A stretch of DNA of 64,000 nt from Octopus bimaculoides. Its lineage: Eukaryota. Shown here piece by piece: positions 25,231 to 37,903 of this stretch. The stretch lies in contig NC_069002.1 of NCBI RefSeq assembly GCF_001194135.2, forward strand, positions 23,382,741-23,446,740, given 5' to 3'. Within the stretch, counting starts at the first letter, position 1. The number at the start of each line of letters is the position of its first letter. A model generated the notes under the pieces. The model had not been told where the DNA came from. It made no database searches and saw only the letters and a program-made list of their open reading frames with translations. The translations under genes were made by a program, and so were the position numbers.

Positions 25231-26283
25231 TATAGAGGTTGTTCAAATTACCCCCATTGGTAGGGTAACACTTCTTGTAAACAAAAGTACTCTTTCATAT
25301 GGTTTCAGTCACAAACAATGAATTTGCACCACCATTGAAACCAACATTGGAATTCCCTTTCAACAAATTCAAGTGTGCTCTGCCGTTCCCACTTCATCAT
25401 AGCTATTTTCATCTTCTTTGTAACATGAAGTTGTTGCTCCCAATGACTGAACAAGTGAAAATTAGGGGGCACCAAATCCTGGTTAAATGCTGGATGAAGG
25501 ATCATTGCTCAGCCCAGTTTCCCAATTACCTGATTTGTTGCCAAACATATATATATATATATATATAGGGTCATATATTGTCATGTTTTTCACATTCTCT
25601 TCACTCTCTACTTTCTAATGGCTTCTCTAAGCTTTCTTTCTATGCACTGTTCATTGTTCATATCACAGCCATGTTCCAGAAAATATTTATCATGATTTGA
25701 ACTTCTTAGGACCCGGAGAAGAGTCATTATTTCCAGGTCATAAAAGTATGCCTGCATTTGATCCCTTGTTACCAGACTGGAAAAAAGAGCCCTCTTCATT
25801 GGCTCAGAGCAGACTTCCACCCTTTTATCCTTTAAATTAGGGGTCAGCTACCAAGGTACCCACTTTGCATGCATTTACTGATCTTCATAATCTCCCACCT
25901 TCTGTAATGCAATTTGACCATATTCCAGTTGTGCAGCAAACTCATGAATTTGGACTCATCTTTCCACAGTAATCAATTTATCCACTCACTTGTGATTCAT
26001 GTTAGTGGTCGCAGTTGATCTCCTCCCACTGTGTGGTTTATCTTCAATGTTGCTTTCCCCTTCTTTAAATTTCTTTGGCTCCCATTATTGGTGTCATTTC
26101 TGTAAAAACCTGCAGCATTCTCTGGATGTTTGACAGTCTGCACCCTTCCTTTGTCAAGAATTCTAAGATGGCACATTGCTTCTGCTTGAAACCCATTATT
26201 TGCCTGCAATGAAGAAGTGATACCATAGAAGAAGAATTAATTTACCAAGCCAGTTCTTAAATATTATAGAACTGTCTTCATTA
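25231..26283 (-). mobile_element. Decayed mariner DNA transposon
   Basis: Frameshifted motifs IEDKPHSGR, AKWVP..LT, SLVTRDQ..YFYDLE, SPGPKKFK and HPAFNQDLVPPNFHLF (canonical YSPDLAPSDFHLF). TIR-like tatagaggttgttcaaa at 25231; interrupted by (TA)n at 25546-25567. Confidence 0.8.
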
Positions 26284-26633
26284 AATGCTGTAGAACTGTT
26301 CATGAAGCACTATAGAACTATGCTTATTAAATAGTACAGACCTATCTGTGTCTATTGTGATAGGCAGTTTGACATCACTCGCTGGTACTGTCATTTTCAT
26401 TTCAGCATTTTTAGAAATGGTCAGTGTGATTTGTCCTCAAGGACCCAACAATAATTTACACACTTCTTCATTTTCTACGTTCAAGCTACTTTGTAATTTT
26501 TGGCGGGGTTGTATATGTCTATTTTTATTGCCTTCCTTCTTGAATATATTTTTTTTCCTCTTCATTATATGTATCTCCCCACTGCAAACACTGGTAGCAA
26601 ATAAATGAAATTATTGTTGTTGTTGTTGTTGTT

Positions 26634-26915
26634 AGAGGGCATGACCTAGTGGTTAGGGTGTTGCACTCTTGATGATGAGATCATCGTTTCTGTTCCTAGA
26701 CTGGGTGGTGCATTGTGTTCTTCACCAAAACACTCCAACTCTAGCTGCTCTCTGATCACTTCAACACCTGATGCATGGTACATAGTGCACCTGTTCAAAC
26801 AAGATCAATTTGATGGAGGGGCAGGTGAGCTAATGAGCAGTACAAACATTTGGTTTCTGCAAACAAACCATTTGTGAAGGTTGTTCAGCAAAATCTGAAG
26901 TCATCTTTGACAGGA
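26634..26915 (+). mobile_element. Degenerate tRNA-derived SINE, family F
   Basis: Head gcatgacctagtggttagggtgttgcactc...gtttctgttcctagactgg is tRNA-like. Confidence 0.5.
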
Positions 26916-27169
26916 ATGACCACCATTAATGTTATTAGGCAGAGAACCAGCTGAATCTTTAGCACAATGGACAAAATGCCTGGTGGTATTTTGTCCATCT
27001 TTACATTCTGAGTTGAAATTCTGCACAGGTCAACTTTGCCTTTCATCCTTTATGAAATAAATACCAGTTGTGCAGTGGGGCTGATGTGATCGATCACCCA
27101 CTCCACCAAAATTTCTGGCCTTGTGCCAAAATTTGAAGCCAATATTATTATTATTAGTGTTATTATAAA

Positions 27170-27510
27170 AAGCTGTTACATGTGAATTTAATTAGCGAAA
27201 ATGTTATCCTGAAGCTTGGTGGCAACAAGTCTCAAATCTCAAAAATCTTTCTTAGAATTCTTGCAAAATATAAGGCAGAAGTTAACAATGCATGTCTCAG
27301 TTCCAATATCTTCCAGTCTTTTATGTAGAATTTGAATGTTGTGCCAAGTGCACCAATTCTCACGTGAACAATTATCACCTCTTGTCTTCCACAGTTTCTT
27401 TGTCTCTTTGACTTGGCCCTCAAATGTCTCACTCTTCTCAATTTCCTATCAATTTCCAATCTACTATTGAATGGTATTGCAAAGTCAGGAATCTTACACT
27501 TTTTTGCTTT
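27170..27510 (-). mobile_element. Old, divergent R4-like endonuclease fragment
   Basis: CKIPDFAIPFNSRLE...VRIGALGTT...ARILRKIFEI*, followed on the sense strand by (AAT)n. Confidence 0.6.
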
Positions 27511-27659
27511 CTTTTTTTCTTGTTGTGTCCTCCACAAGATGGAACACAGTGAAGCCAGGCCTTCTAGCCTTGCTGTTCAGGGTGATCTTGAACCTAAAGA
27601 GGTTCCCTCATTGGCCACAGTTAGAGGTTCCCCCATATCAGAACTGCCATCATCCATCA

Positions 27660-27942
27660 TTTCCTCCTCCTCATCATCATCACTACCACCACCACCTTCT
27701 TCATCATCATTATCATCATCACTACAATCACCATTACTATCATCACCGTATCATCATCATCATCATCACCACCATCATCACCACCATCATCATTACCATC
27801 ACCATTGCTATCATCATCGTATCATCATCATCGCCGCCGCCATCATCATCACCACCATCATCATTACCACCACCATCATCACCACCACCACTACCATCAT
27901 TGTCGTCATCATCACCATCATCATCATCATCATCATCATCAT
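27660..27942. repeat. (CAT/CAC)n compound microsatellite (similar tracts at 23690-23930, 36170-36330 TAC, 52270-52440)
   Basis: Low-complexity trinucleotide runs. Confidence 0.9.
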
Positions 27943-28160
27943 TTAAAGTCCATCTTCCATGCTGGCATAGGTTGGATGGTTTGACAGGAGCTGCACCAGA
28001 CTCCAGTTGTCTGTTTTGCCATGGTTTTTCAGAGTATACTGGTGGATGTTTTGCATGTGGCACCAGCACATGTGCCTTTCATGTGGCACCAGCACATGTG
28101 CCTTTCATGTGGAACCAGCATAGATGCTTTCTGTATGGCACTAACAATGGTGCATTTTAC
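27925..28160 (-). mobile_element. Diverged RTE-tail repeat (related copies at 12800-12930, 29100-29162, 31668-31830, 51232-51440, 57990-58170, 60934-60994)
   Basis: Shared catcatcat-ttaa..tc.g.tttccatgctggcatgggttgga...tttctacagctggatgcccttcc motif. Confidence 0.7.
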
Positions 28161-29027
28161 ACGGTGTCAGCATAGATTCTTTTAATGTGGCATCAGCTTA
28201 TATTCTTTCTTTTTACTTGTTTCAGTCATTTGACTGTGGCCATGCTGGAGCACCACCTTTTAGTTGAACAAATCGACCCCCGGGACTTATTCTTTGTAAT
28301 CTTAATACTTATTCTATCAGTCTCTTTTGCCGAGCTGCTAACTTATGGAGACATAAACACACCAACATCGATTGTCACGTGATGGTGGGGGGACAAACAC
28401 AAACATATACACACACACATACACACATATATGTATATATACAATGGGGTTCTTTCAGTTTCCGTCTACCAAATCCACTCACAAAGCTTTGGCTGGCCTG
28501 AGACCACAGTAGAAAACACTTTCCCAAGGCACCACACAGTGGGACTGAACCCAGAACCATGTGGTTGGTAAGCAAGCTACTTACCACACAGCCACTCCTG
28601 CACCTATATATTCTCATCTTTTATAAACCATCTCCAATTTTCTTTTCATTTCCACCACCTCTCCTCCCATTTTTTCTCCTCACCAATTTTATATAAACAT
28701 CCACACAAATTGTAGCTTATCTTTGTAATCTTTCCCTCACGTGATGCCCTTGTGGCAAATGAAAGAAATCCTATTATACTTGTTGTTGTTGTTGTTGAAA
28801 ATCTATGTTGTTTGCTGTATTCAGTTATTTTAAATTTAGATTTCACTAAATCATGGATTAGTGACCAACTTATAATATTTCATTTTATTCTGTATTTATT
28901 ATATTTTTGTTTGTGTGTGACTATTATTTATATATTTACTTAGTTACGATACATACAAAATGTTTTAGCAAAGCTGAAGCAACCGATCTCTATATAGAGA
29001 TGTATTGTGACTTCACAAATTCTACAG

Positions 29028-29075
<48 letters not shown>

Positions 29076-29203
29076 TTCTATCTACATATATGTATATGTC
29101 TAGATATGTCCAATTCATGCAAGCATGGAAAAGCGGATGTAGAAATATGATGATGATGATGAAGTAATAAATATGTAAATGTAAAAACACGTGTTCATAT
29201 ACG

Positions 29204-29254
<51 letters not shown>

Positions 29255-29868
29255 GTACATATATGCACACACACATTCATATATATATATATATATATAT
29301 ATANNNNNNNNNNNNNNNNNNNNNNNNNNNNNNNNNNNNNNNNNNNNNNNNNNNNNNNNNNNNNNNNNNNNNNNNNNNNNNNNNNNNNNNNNNNNNNNNN
29401 NNNNNNNNNNNNNNNNNNNNNNNNNNNNNNNNNNNNNNNNNNNNNNNNNNNNNNNNNNNNNNNNNNNNNNNNNNNNNNNNNNNNNNNNNNNNNNNNNNNN
29501 NNNNNNNNNNNNNNNNNNNNNNNNNNNNNNNNNNNNNNNNNNNNNNNNNNNNNNNNNNNNNNNNNNNNNNNNNNNNNNNNNNNNNNNNNNNNNNNNNNNN
29601 NNNNNNNNNNNNNNNNNNNNNNNNNNNNNNNNNNNNNNNNNNNNNNNNNNNNNNNNNNNNNNNNNNNNNNNNNNNNNNNNNNNNNNNNNNNNNNNNNNNN
29701 NNNNNNNNNNNNNNNNNNNNNNNNNNNNNNNNNNNNNNNNNNNNNNNNNNNNNNNNNNNNNNNNNNNNNNNNNNNNNNNNNNNNNNNNNNNNNNNNNNNN
29801 NNNNNNNNNNNNNNNNNNNNNNNNNNNNNNNNNNNNNNNNNNNNNNNNNNNNNNNNNNNNNNNNNNNN

Positions 29869-29944
<76 letters not shown>

Positions 29945-30049
29945 TTGGTTTGATAGATATAGATACATGCATGTACACATAAACATCCACACAAGTACAA
30001 ATATTAATATTTTTTTACACATGCATGTGTGCATACATACACACCTGTA

Positions 30050-30096
<47 letters not shown>

Positions 30097-30176
30097 CACA
30101 TACACATGTACAACTCCCACCCCCATACATTATATACATGTATATATTTTTATATATGTACATTGATATATGTAAT

Positions 30177-30264
<88 letters not shown>

Positions 30265-31139
30265 AAATATATTAATACTCTGTTTAATGTTTGATGTATT
30301 TGTTCAACAAAAGTTCAGATATTTTTAGGTTAACATTTTTCAAAGCACGACAGAAACCACATTAACAAACAACAAATAAATGAATAAAAAACAATAAAAT
30401 AAAGGGGAAAAAGACCCCAAAAGCAAGAGCAAAAACTAAATAAAGGAAAAAAAAGCAAGATGTTATGTATAAAACATATATGATATGAATAAATGAATAA
30501 ATGAGAATACAAAAACAATAATAAAATGCAAAAACAATAATAAAACAGTAATAAAGAATTATATAATGCAAAAGAATGAGGTAAGACTGAAAATAAAAGA
30601 CATCTAATTAATGAAAGGAAGGAAGGAAGGAAGGTGGTAAGGAATGAAGAAAGATGGTAAGAATGGCAGTAAACATTGTTTTCTTTTCATATGCAAGTAA
30701 GTCCGTTTGAATAATGTGTGAAAGACTAGAAGACATCTATTATGGCATCGAGCTAAAAGTTGAGAATGGAATCGGAATGAATTGCTGTTCTTATTAGCTT
30801 TGGCTATCAGCGAAAGCTGTTTAAATATTCATTGATGATAAAACTTACATAGAATTAAACTGGTTTATGATTCATTATATTTTAACTTCTTTTCTTGTCT
30901 GTTGAGAATATTCTTCAACATGTTGTTTACACATTTTGGTAAACAAGAAAAGAAAAATGAAAAATAAAACAATTTCTTCTTTTTGAAATCAAACTGCATC
31001 TACATGGAATTTCTCATAAGAAATTGATGGATATTCTTGTTATTTAATGTTTTCTTATAACAACAAACAAGGGAGGAGTTGTTACTATACCTGTGAGCAA
31101 TTTTTGATTTGCTACCACCCACTCACTCATTGTGCCAGC

Positions 31140-31560
31140 TTTGGAGTTTATACTGTGCCAACAACTGGGTTGTATGTAATAACAAAACAGTTTTGTGCCT
31201 CCAAGGGAGACTCTAATTCCACCACAGGACTCTATTATGTCAGCAAGGGAAATTGTACATCAACAAGCAAGTCTGCTTTGTACAAACAAGAGAGTCTTTA
31301 CTGTACTAAGAAGGGTGTCTATATGGTGTCAACAAGAGAGTCTGTTCATACCACTCAGGAAATATCTACTATGTCACCAAGGCAGACTTTACTGTGCTGA
31401 CAAGAAAATCCGTGCATACCAACAAGAGAGTCTGTACCGTAAAGGAGAGTTTACTGTGCCAGCAAGGGAGTCTGTACATACTAACTTGAGAGTTTCAGGC
31501 GTGCAAACAAGTGAGTCTGTACTGTGCACTAAAGGAGAAGCCCCTGTGATTTCAAGGCAG
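31140..31560. repeat. Degenerate minisatellite with a 22-23 bp unit
   Basis: About 18 units resembling tactgtgccaacaagagagtct. Confidence 0.7.
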
Positions 31561-33017
31561 TCTGAAAGTGCCAATAAGTAAAACTCTACTGCCAAGAAGG
31601 TGACACTCATTCTGACAACAATGGAACCATTGTCACTTACCCTATTAGACAGCAGCTGATCATCATTATCATTTAATGTTTGTTTTCCATGCTGGCATGG
31701 TTGGACAGTTTGACAGAGAATGATATGCTGGAGAGCTGCATCAACTCCATTGTCTCCTTTGGTATGGTTTCTCCACCTGGATGCCAAACACTATACAGAT
31801 TGTACTGGGTGCTTGTCATGTGACACCAACACCTGTGGGGACACCAAGTATCTTGTAAGACAAAGACCCCTTGGCTGGAGGAGGGAGCTGAACCAAGGGA
31901 AGCAGCTTTGTTCCAGATAAGAAGAGAAAGTAAAACAGAGGGATGAGATACTTGGTTGCCCCAGGAGGAAAAGAAAGGGAAGGAAGGAGAGATCAAGTTA
32001 GAGAGAAAGGTAGAGAAAGACACTCAGACTGAGAGAAAGAGGCAGAAATAACACGAAGACCACCTCACAGGAAACAGAGGGGATAAGGGGGAGAGTTACC
32101 TGCCATCTTCCAAAACGGAACCCTTAAGATTCTGCTAATTTGCTGTTCTTTGTGAGGATATAAGAAATGTGAAATATTTAGTTTCTAAGGTTGAGCAAAA
32201 CCATTTGAAGAATTATCTTATTTTGAACAGTGTTTTCACTCTAAAGATCAGTGGAACTTCTGAATAAGGTGTGTAAATAGTCTAAGATGAAGTAGGTGTA
32301 TCCAAAATGTCAGCAAGATTTCAAATTTTTTTGATATTGTTGAAATTTCACCTGGAAAATTGTCTTGTCTCCAACAAACTCAAAAATGTTGAACTATTAA
32401 CAGCATTAGTGTTTTCTATCATGAATGCAAAATATTCATCTCATAATAAATTCTAAAATTTCTGATATTTTCTGATAAAAAACACAAGAAAACATTTACA
32501 AACATAAATAGGAATGCTAAATCCAAATTAGCCAGTTTGTCATTCCAGTGTTAGTAAATGGAATTGTAATGATAATTTAATTTTTTTGACAACTTAATTT
32601 CCTAAGACTGACCGTATAACTCCAAGATAACTGTAAATATGCTATGTTACCAAAATCTGACACAGCATAATTTGGTGGCTTCGGCAAATTTAAAGAATAT
32701 GTAACATTATTTGGTAATTTATCTTACTTAGGTGTGGATTGCTTAAAATAGCTACAATTTGAAAGCAAAAGCCATATTGAACAAAAGCTTTCAGTGGTTG
32801 TAGCTATTATTATTATTGTTATTGTCTTCTTTCAATTTTGTTTCCATTTCTTACCAAGTGTCTTCCCAACAGCTAGGGCAGAGAAACTCTCTGGTAGACT
32901 ATTAAAACTACTCATTGATAGAGAAAATGAGAAGAAAGGCAGAGGAAAAAAGGGGGAAAAAAGGAAAAAATGTTAAAAGAAAAGCAAAGAAAACAAGGAG
33001 AGAAAAGGAAAGAAAAT

Positions 33018-33420
33018 TCACAGCAATAATGCTCTTTTCAGTACATGTGATGTATCAGTTAAGACAATCTTTTGCACCTCTTGCATGGATGGTACACCAG
33101 AGGTCATTCTTAAATAATTTTCAGTTCCTCTTTTGATCCTTCCAAGTGCTCCTACAATCACTGGTATTGTAACCGTCTTGAGATGCCGCATCTTTCTGAT
33201 TTCGATTAGCAAATCTTTATATTTTCTGAGCTTATCAAACTCTTTTGCCAGAGATATTATGGTCACAGAGTATGCTCTTGTCAATCAGTAAACACACTTT
33301 ATTATTTTGGTCTTTCACAACAATATCTGGTCTGTTAGCTTTGATGGTCCAATCTGTACATACTGGAAAGTCCTAAAGAATCATTACATTTTCTTCCTCA
33401 GTTACAGCTTCAGGGTGGTG
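33018..33420 (-). mobile_element. R4/Dong-like endonuclease fragment, divergent lineage
   Basis: IKANRPDIVVKDQNNKVCLLID...KEFDKLRKYKDLLIEI...IPVIVGALG...SHVLKRALLL*. Confidence 0.8.
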
Positions 33421-33424
33421 ATTA

Positions 33425-33459
<35 letters not shown>

Positions 33460-33559
33460 GTTTATGGTTTCCTTTCATTATAACTTTATTTCAGTTGCTT
33501 TAGTACTGGAATCCTCCAGAGGTCAAGAGTAGCAAGGGCACTTTTGTTTTGCTTTGCAT

Positions 33560-33752
33560 ACTAAATTACCACTGGTATTATCATAGTATTAAGCTTCCAC
33601 ATTTTTGTGATTTCAATTTGCAGATCTTTATAGTGAGAAAGCTTTTCATATTCCTTTCTTGAGATATTTGTGGGATAAACACATCTATTAGACAAGTTCC
33701 TCTGTTGTAGTCCTTGATCACAATGTCTGGTCAATTGGAGTAAATTTTTCTG
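33560..33752 (-). mobile_element. R4/Dong-like endonuclease fragment, degenerate
   Basis: DRKIYSN*PDIVIKDYNRGTCLIDVFIP..EYEKLSHYKDLQIEITKMWKL. Confidence 0.65.
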
Positions 33753-33754
33753 TC

Positions 33755-33791
<37 letters not shown>

Positions 33792-33793
33792 GT

Positions 33794-33846
<53 letters not shown>

Positions 33847-34087
33847 TATTATTAAGATGGTGAGCTGGTAGAATTGTCAGCACTAGCAGTATTTCGTTTG
33901 TCTTTATGTTTTGAGTTCAAATTCCACCAAGGTTGACTTTGCCCTCCCTCCTTTCTGGGTCAATATAATAAGTACCACTCAAGTACTGTGGTAGATGTTA
34001 TCAATTTATTCATCTCTTTGAAACTGTTGGCCCTGTGCCCCAAATTTGAAAACATTATTATCATCACCATTATTATTGTTATTATTG

Positions 34088-34832
34088 TTCAGTAGTTTTA
34101 TTTTTATAACGTGCTTTCACTTCACTACTGAGCGCAGCTCTGTGTGCCTTGGGTATGTGCTGTGGTTTGCTGTGATGCTCTTATGGTTAATGTATTGAAA
34201 GTGTTTTGCGTAGGATGTATGCAGTGCCCAGTAGTGCCCATATTTTATATGTATGTGTTGTGTTTTCATTTTTTTGGGTAGAGCACTGCTGTAAAATAAG
34301 CATGTAGGATCGAAATGTATTCCTCACGTGTCCATTTATGCCATTTTGGTTTTGTTTGCGGAACATGAGGAACAACGTCCGGCCCTTTATTTTGATGGTC
34401 ATCGTTTTCGTAGGGTACCTGTCTGTTCATTTCTGTTGTCAGATTGTTTTGCACGTTCAGATCTTCGTACTTTTTGCGTAACAAGCTTACAGTACGCACT
34501 TCTCAGTTGTTATTCTTGGGTGGAATAATACCGGTATTATTTAATCTGTTTGTAATTTTTTTGTACATGGTGTTTGAGTTCGGAGATGGTCTGGTGTTGA
34601 TGTAACAAGTGTGTTTACGATCGCTGTGTGGGTAGTGGAGGTATCAAGTTAAAATACATCATTATATTTGGAAAAATAGAAATAAATTTCAATGAGTATT
34701 ACTTACTCGGATATAGTTCAACCCTTTGTCAGCTATTTTTTGGCTCCATGCGATGTCTTTATTTCCGATGTTTTTGGATAAATTTCGGGGCAGTGATTTA
34801 TCGTTCTCACATGTTAAATGTCCCCGGTGTAG

Positions 34833-34834
<2 letters not shown>
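34088..34834 (-). mobile_element. Internally deleted R4/Dong-like element (5' end fused to 3' end)
   Basis: About 600 nt of 5' region encoding KWHKWTREEYISILHAYF...TTHTYKIW is joined at 34238/34237 to ALLGTAYILRKTLSIH* and an intact 3' UTR. Confidence 0.7.
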
Positions 34835-34864
<30 letters not shown>

Positions 34865-35033
34865 CTTCTTCTTCTTCTTCTTCTTCTTCTTCTTCTTCTT
34901 CTTCTTCTTCTTCTTCTTCTTTTTCTTCTTCTTCTTCTTCTTCTTCTTCTTCTTCTTCTTCTTCTTCTTCTTCTTCTTCTTCTTCTTCTTCTTCTTCTTC
35001 TTCTTCTTCTTCTTCTTCTTCTTCTTCTTCTTC
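34835..35033. repeat. (TTC)n microsatellite, about 200 bp
   Basis: Nearly perfect trinucleotide run. Confidence 0.97.
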
Positions 35034-35386
35034 AGTAGTCTTATTTTTACCAGGTGCTTTCACTGCACTACCAAGTGCAGTTCTGTGTGCCTTGGGTATG
35101 TGCTGTGGTTTGTTGTGGTGCTCTTATTTTCACTGTATTGAAATTGTTTTACATAGGATGTGCACGGTGCCTAGTAGTGCTATTTTCTGTATGTTACATT
35201 CATTCGTAAGTCTTGGTGTTTTTGTTATGTATTTGTCTGCATATTTTTTTCTATCATACCTAATGCGTCTACTATGATAGGAATTGTTTCTGTTTTTAGA
35301 CTCCACAGTTGAGTTAGCTCTATTTCCAGATCTTTGTATTTTGAAAGTTTCTCCATTTATTTTACAGAAACATTGTCATCTGTTGA
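35032..35386 (-). mobile_element. R4/Dong-like 3' fragment ending in a (GAA)n tract
   Basis: Homologous to 16130-16484; its terminus reads ctactgaagaagaa rather than ctactgaataataa. Confidence 0.8.
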
Positions 35387-35387
35387 T

Positions 35388-35418
<31 letters not shown>

Positions 35419-36276
35419 TATTATTATTACTATTATTATTATCATCATCATTATTATATTTAACATTCTCAGCTTATTGCTGGTGGTTTCAGTAATGTGC
35501 CACCTGTTCACTTCTCATGAACAAAAGTGGTATGTTTTTTTCCCCCTCCTCATTCTCAAAGACTTTGCCGAGACAGTTTGCTGTTTTCTGGATATTTTCT
35601 ACTTTCACTTTTATTTCCTTCTTTTCCCATCACTCTTCAATGTCTTCACTCACTCTACCCAGGACACCACCAATTATTTATACCTTTTCCCTTGACCTTA
35701 GCCTTTAGATTTCTCTCTTCAGAGTTTTATAATTTGTCATTTTTTTCCTCCAATTCTGGCAATGTGACTGACACCTGGACAAGCCATGTCTAAGAAGAGG
35801 CACAATTTTCAGGTGTCCGATATCTGATTCCATTATCACATGAAGTCCCAGCCTTAGCGATATATAATATTTTTTCGTCCTATGTTCAAATCTTTCTTGT
35901 GCCCTACTTTGTTCAGGGACCAACATGCCAAAGAATAAGCCACAATGTTCCTTCTTTGTGTTGTAAAATGTTACTGAAAGAGCTTGAGGCAGGATTTGTA
36001 CTCTGACCTCGTAAAAACCTCACTGGCGATGACCACTCAAAAACAAACCGATGGGTTGGCGGGTTGCCACCTGAGAGGGCAAAAGGCATCATCTGCCAGG
36101 AGTAGCAGAGAATCAGAAACAGACGGTAGATGCAGCTACGTGCTTTTACAATGCATTACTTGCTTACTACTACTACTACTATTACTATTGTGGCTGCTGC
36201 CACCTCCACCACCACTAGTAAGTACTATTACTACTGCCACCGCTGCCACCACCACTGCTGTCACTACTACTACTAT

Positions 36277-36331
<55 letters not shown>

Positions 36332-36522
36332 GTATACTGGGTTAAAAGTTGCTCAAAGCTGGGCCAAAAATGTATTCCACAACGGACTGAAAGAGTGGTA
36401 AGTTGTTTGTTGTGTGATTCGGAATGTTCTGTGCCTAGTCCTCGACTGCCTAGTCTTGTGCTAGGGGCATAGTAAGAGTGAAGGTTAAAAGGAGGGCAGT
36501 TACCCTCAGGGCATTGGCTTAA

Positions 36523-36754
36523 CACTTTTGTTACCATCCTTCTTTCAAACTACACAAATTTGTTTCGGTTAATTTTGGGAATAATGAAGAATTTGGTAAA
36601 ATGACATTGTCACTGCTAAGCTGGAGTTTGGAAGAAATTCAAACCTCGCACCAAAATTTAATTTTGATATAAGGTTTGAATTTGGATTTCTTTAAAACAG
36701 GAATCTTGTATGAAAGAACCAGAAATGGTCTGGGACAGGTTGGCACTAAAGGGG
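36523..36754. mobile_element. piggyBac-like MITE with TTAA flanks
   Basis: ttaa|cacttttgttacca ... ttggcactaaagggg|ttaa: imperfect TIRs with TTAA on both sides. Confidence 0.55.
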
Positions 36755-36959
36755 TTAAAGAGATGATGAATTTCCTCTTATTAATCACACCTGTTAATTA
36801 AAATGAGATTAATTAATCATGTCTGTTAATTAAAGTGAGAGCACCATAATTATGATTATCCTTGCCTCTGGGAATGAAGGATGTTGCTGGGCCACTGTTA
36901 GGTGTTGCAGACTTCACCATTCTAAACAATGGTTGCACTATGAGATGTCAGTTAAACCA

Positions 36960-37195
36960 TCACAGTGGTAAAATCTTTTGGAGCTTATATATGGACACTT
37001 AATATGCCAGAAATAGCAGTTAAACTTTCATCAGATCATACCCTATATTCTGAGAAAAGAAGGTCACTACTGGATAATGTGGTTCTGGGTTTACCGTGTC
37101 TAGGAAAATAACAGGATGGTTATAGTTGGGTTATACTTGATCATAACTCTATTTGATCAGGGTTACACAGCAGCAACAACAACAACAAACAACCA
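36960..37195 (+). repeat. (CAA)n-tailed repeat family I (also 49975-50145 + and 7775-7850 -)
   Basis: Weakly similar bodies ending in gatca..ggg.t...aacaacaac-like tails. Confidence 0.4.
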
Positions 37196-37440
37196 CAATA
37201 ATAATCCTTTCTACTATAGGCATAAGGCCTGAAATTTTGCAGAAGGGGGTTGGTTGGTTACATCAACCCCCAGTATCCAACTAGTCCTTATTTTATTAAC
37301 TCTGGAAGGATGCAAAGTAAAGTCAACTTTGGTGTAATTTGAACTCAGAATATCAAACTGGAAGACATTTGTCTGACATGCTAGATATTTTGCCAGCCTG
37401 CTGTTTTGATAATTGCTGTAAAGTAGGTTCCTCCCACTGG

Positions 37441-37703
37441 TGTGATGTGTGACTGCCGTTGTACTGTAGTTGCTATTTTATACTAGTAGCCACAATAGTT
37501 ACTAGTCATCGGATACCGTTGTATCACTTTGTACTGGAATAGTAATACACTAACTTCTGTCTTACTATTGCAGATAACTCCACAAGACACCGACTAGAAC
37601 TGTTGACTCTCAACTCATTGACTCTTGACCCTCTCTTGACTGGCTACTGGTCTATTTATAATGGCTGTCCCCTACTACTTTTTATCAGGAGGGGTATACA
37701 ACA
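37441..37703 (-). mobile_element. Possible solo LTR
   Basis: TG...CA termini on the minus strand and an internal tataaata box; no matching TSD. Confidence 0.3.
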
Positions 37704-37903
37704 GTAATAATCCTTTCTACTGTAAGCACAAGACCTGCAATTTTTCAGGAGTGGGGCTAGTCGGTTACACTGACCCCAGTGCTTGACTGGTACTTATTTC
37801 ATCAACTGCAAAAGGATGGAAAGGCAAAATCTACCTCGGCAGAATTTCAACTCTGAACATAAGCATTTTGTTCAGCAAGGTAACATTTCTGCCAACTTGC
37901 AGC

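Noticed and set aside
28040-28130. 26-bp tandem repeat atgtggcaccagcacatgtgcctttc
   Set aside because: A local expansion of the RTE UTR module with no unique spacers; not CRISPR-like.
31630-31650. Minus-strand donor-like site aatag|gtaagt
   Set aside because: The upstream exon would be about 14 nt and adjoin an RTE tail; unsupported.
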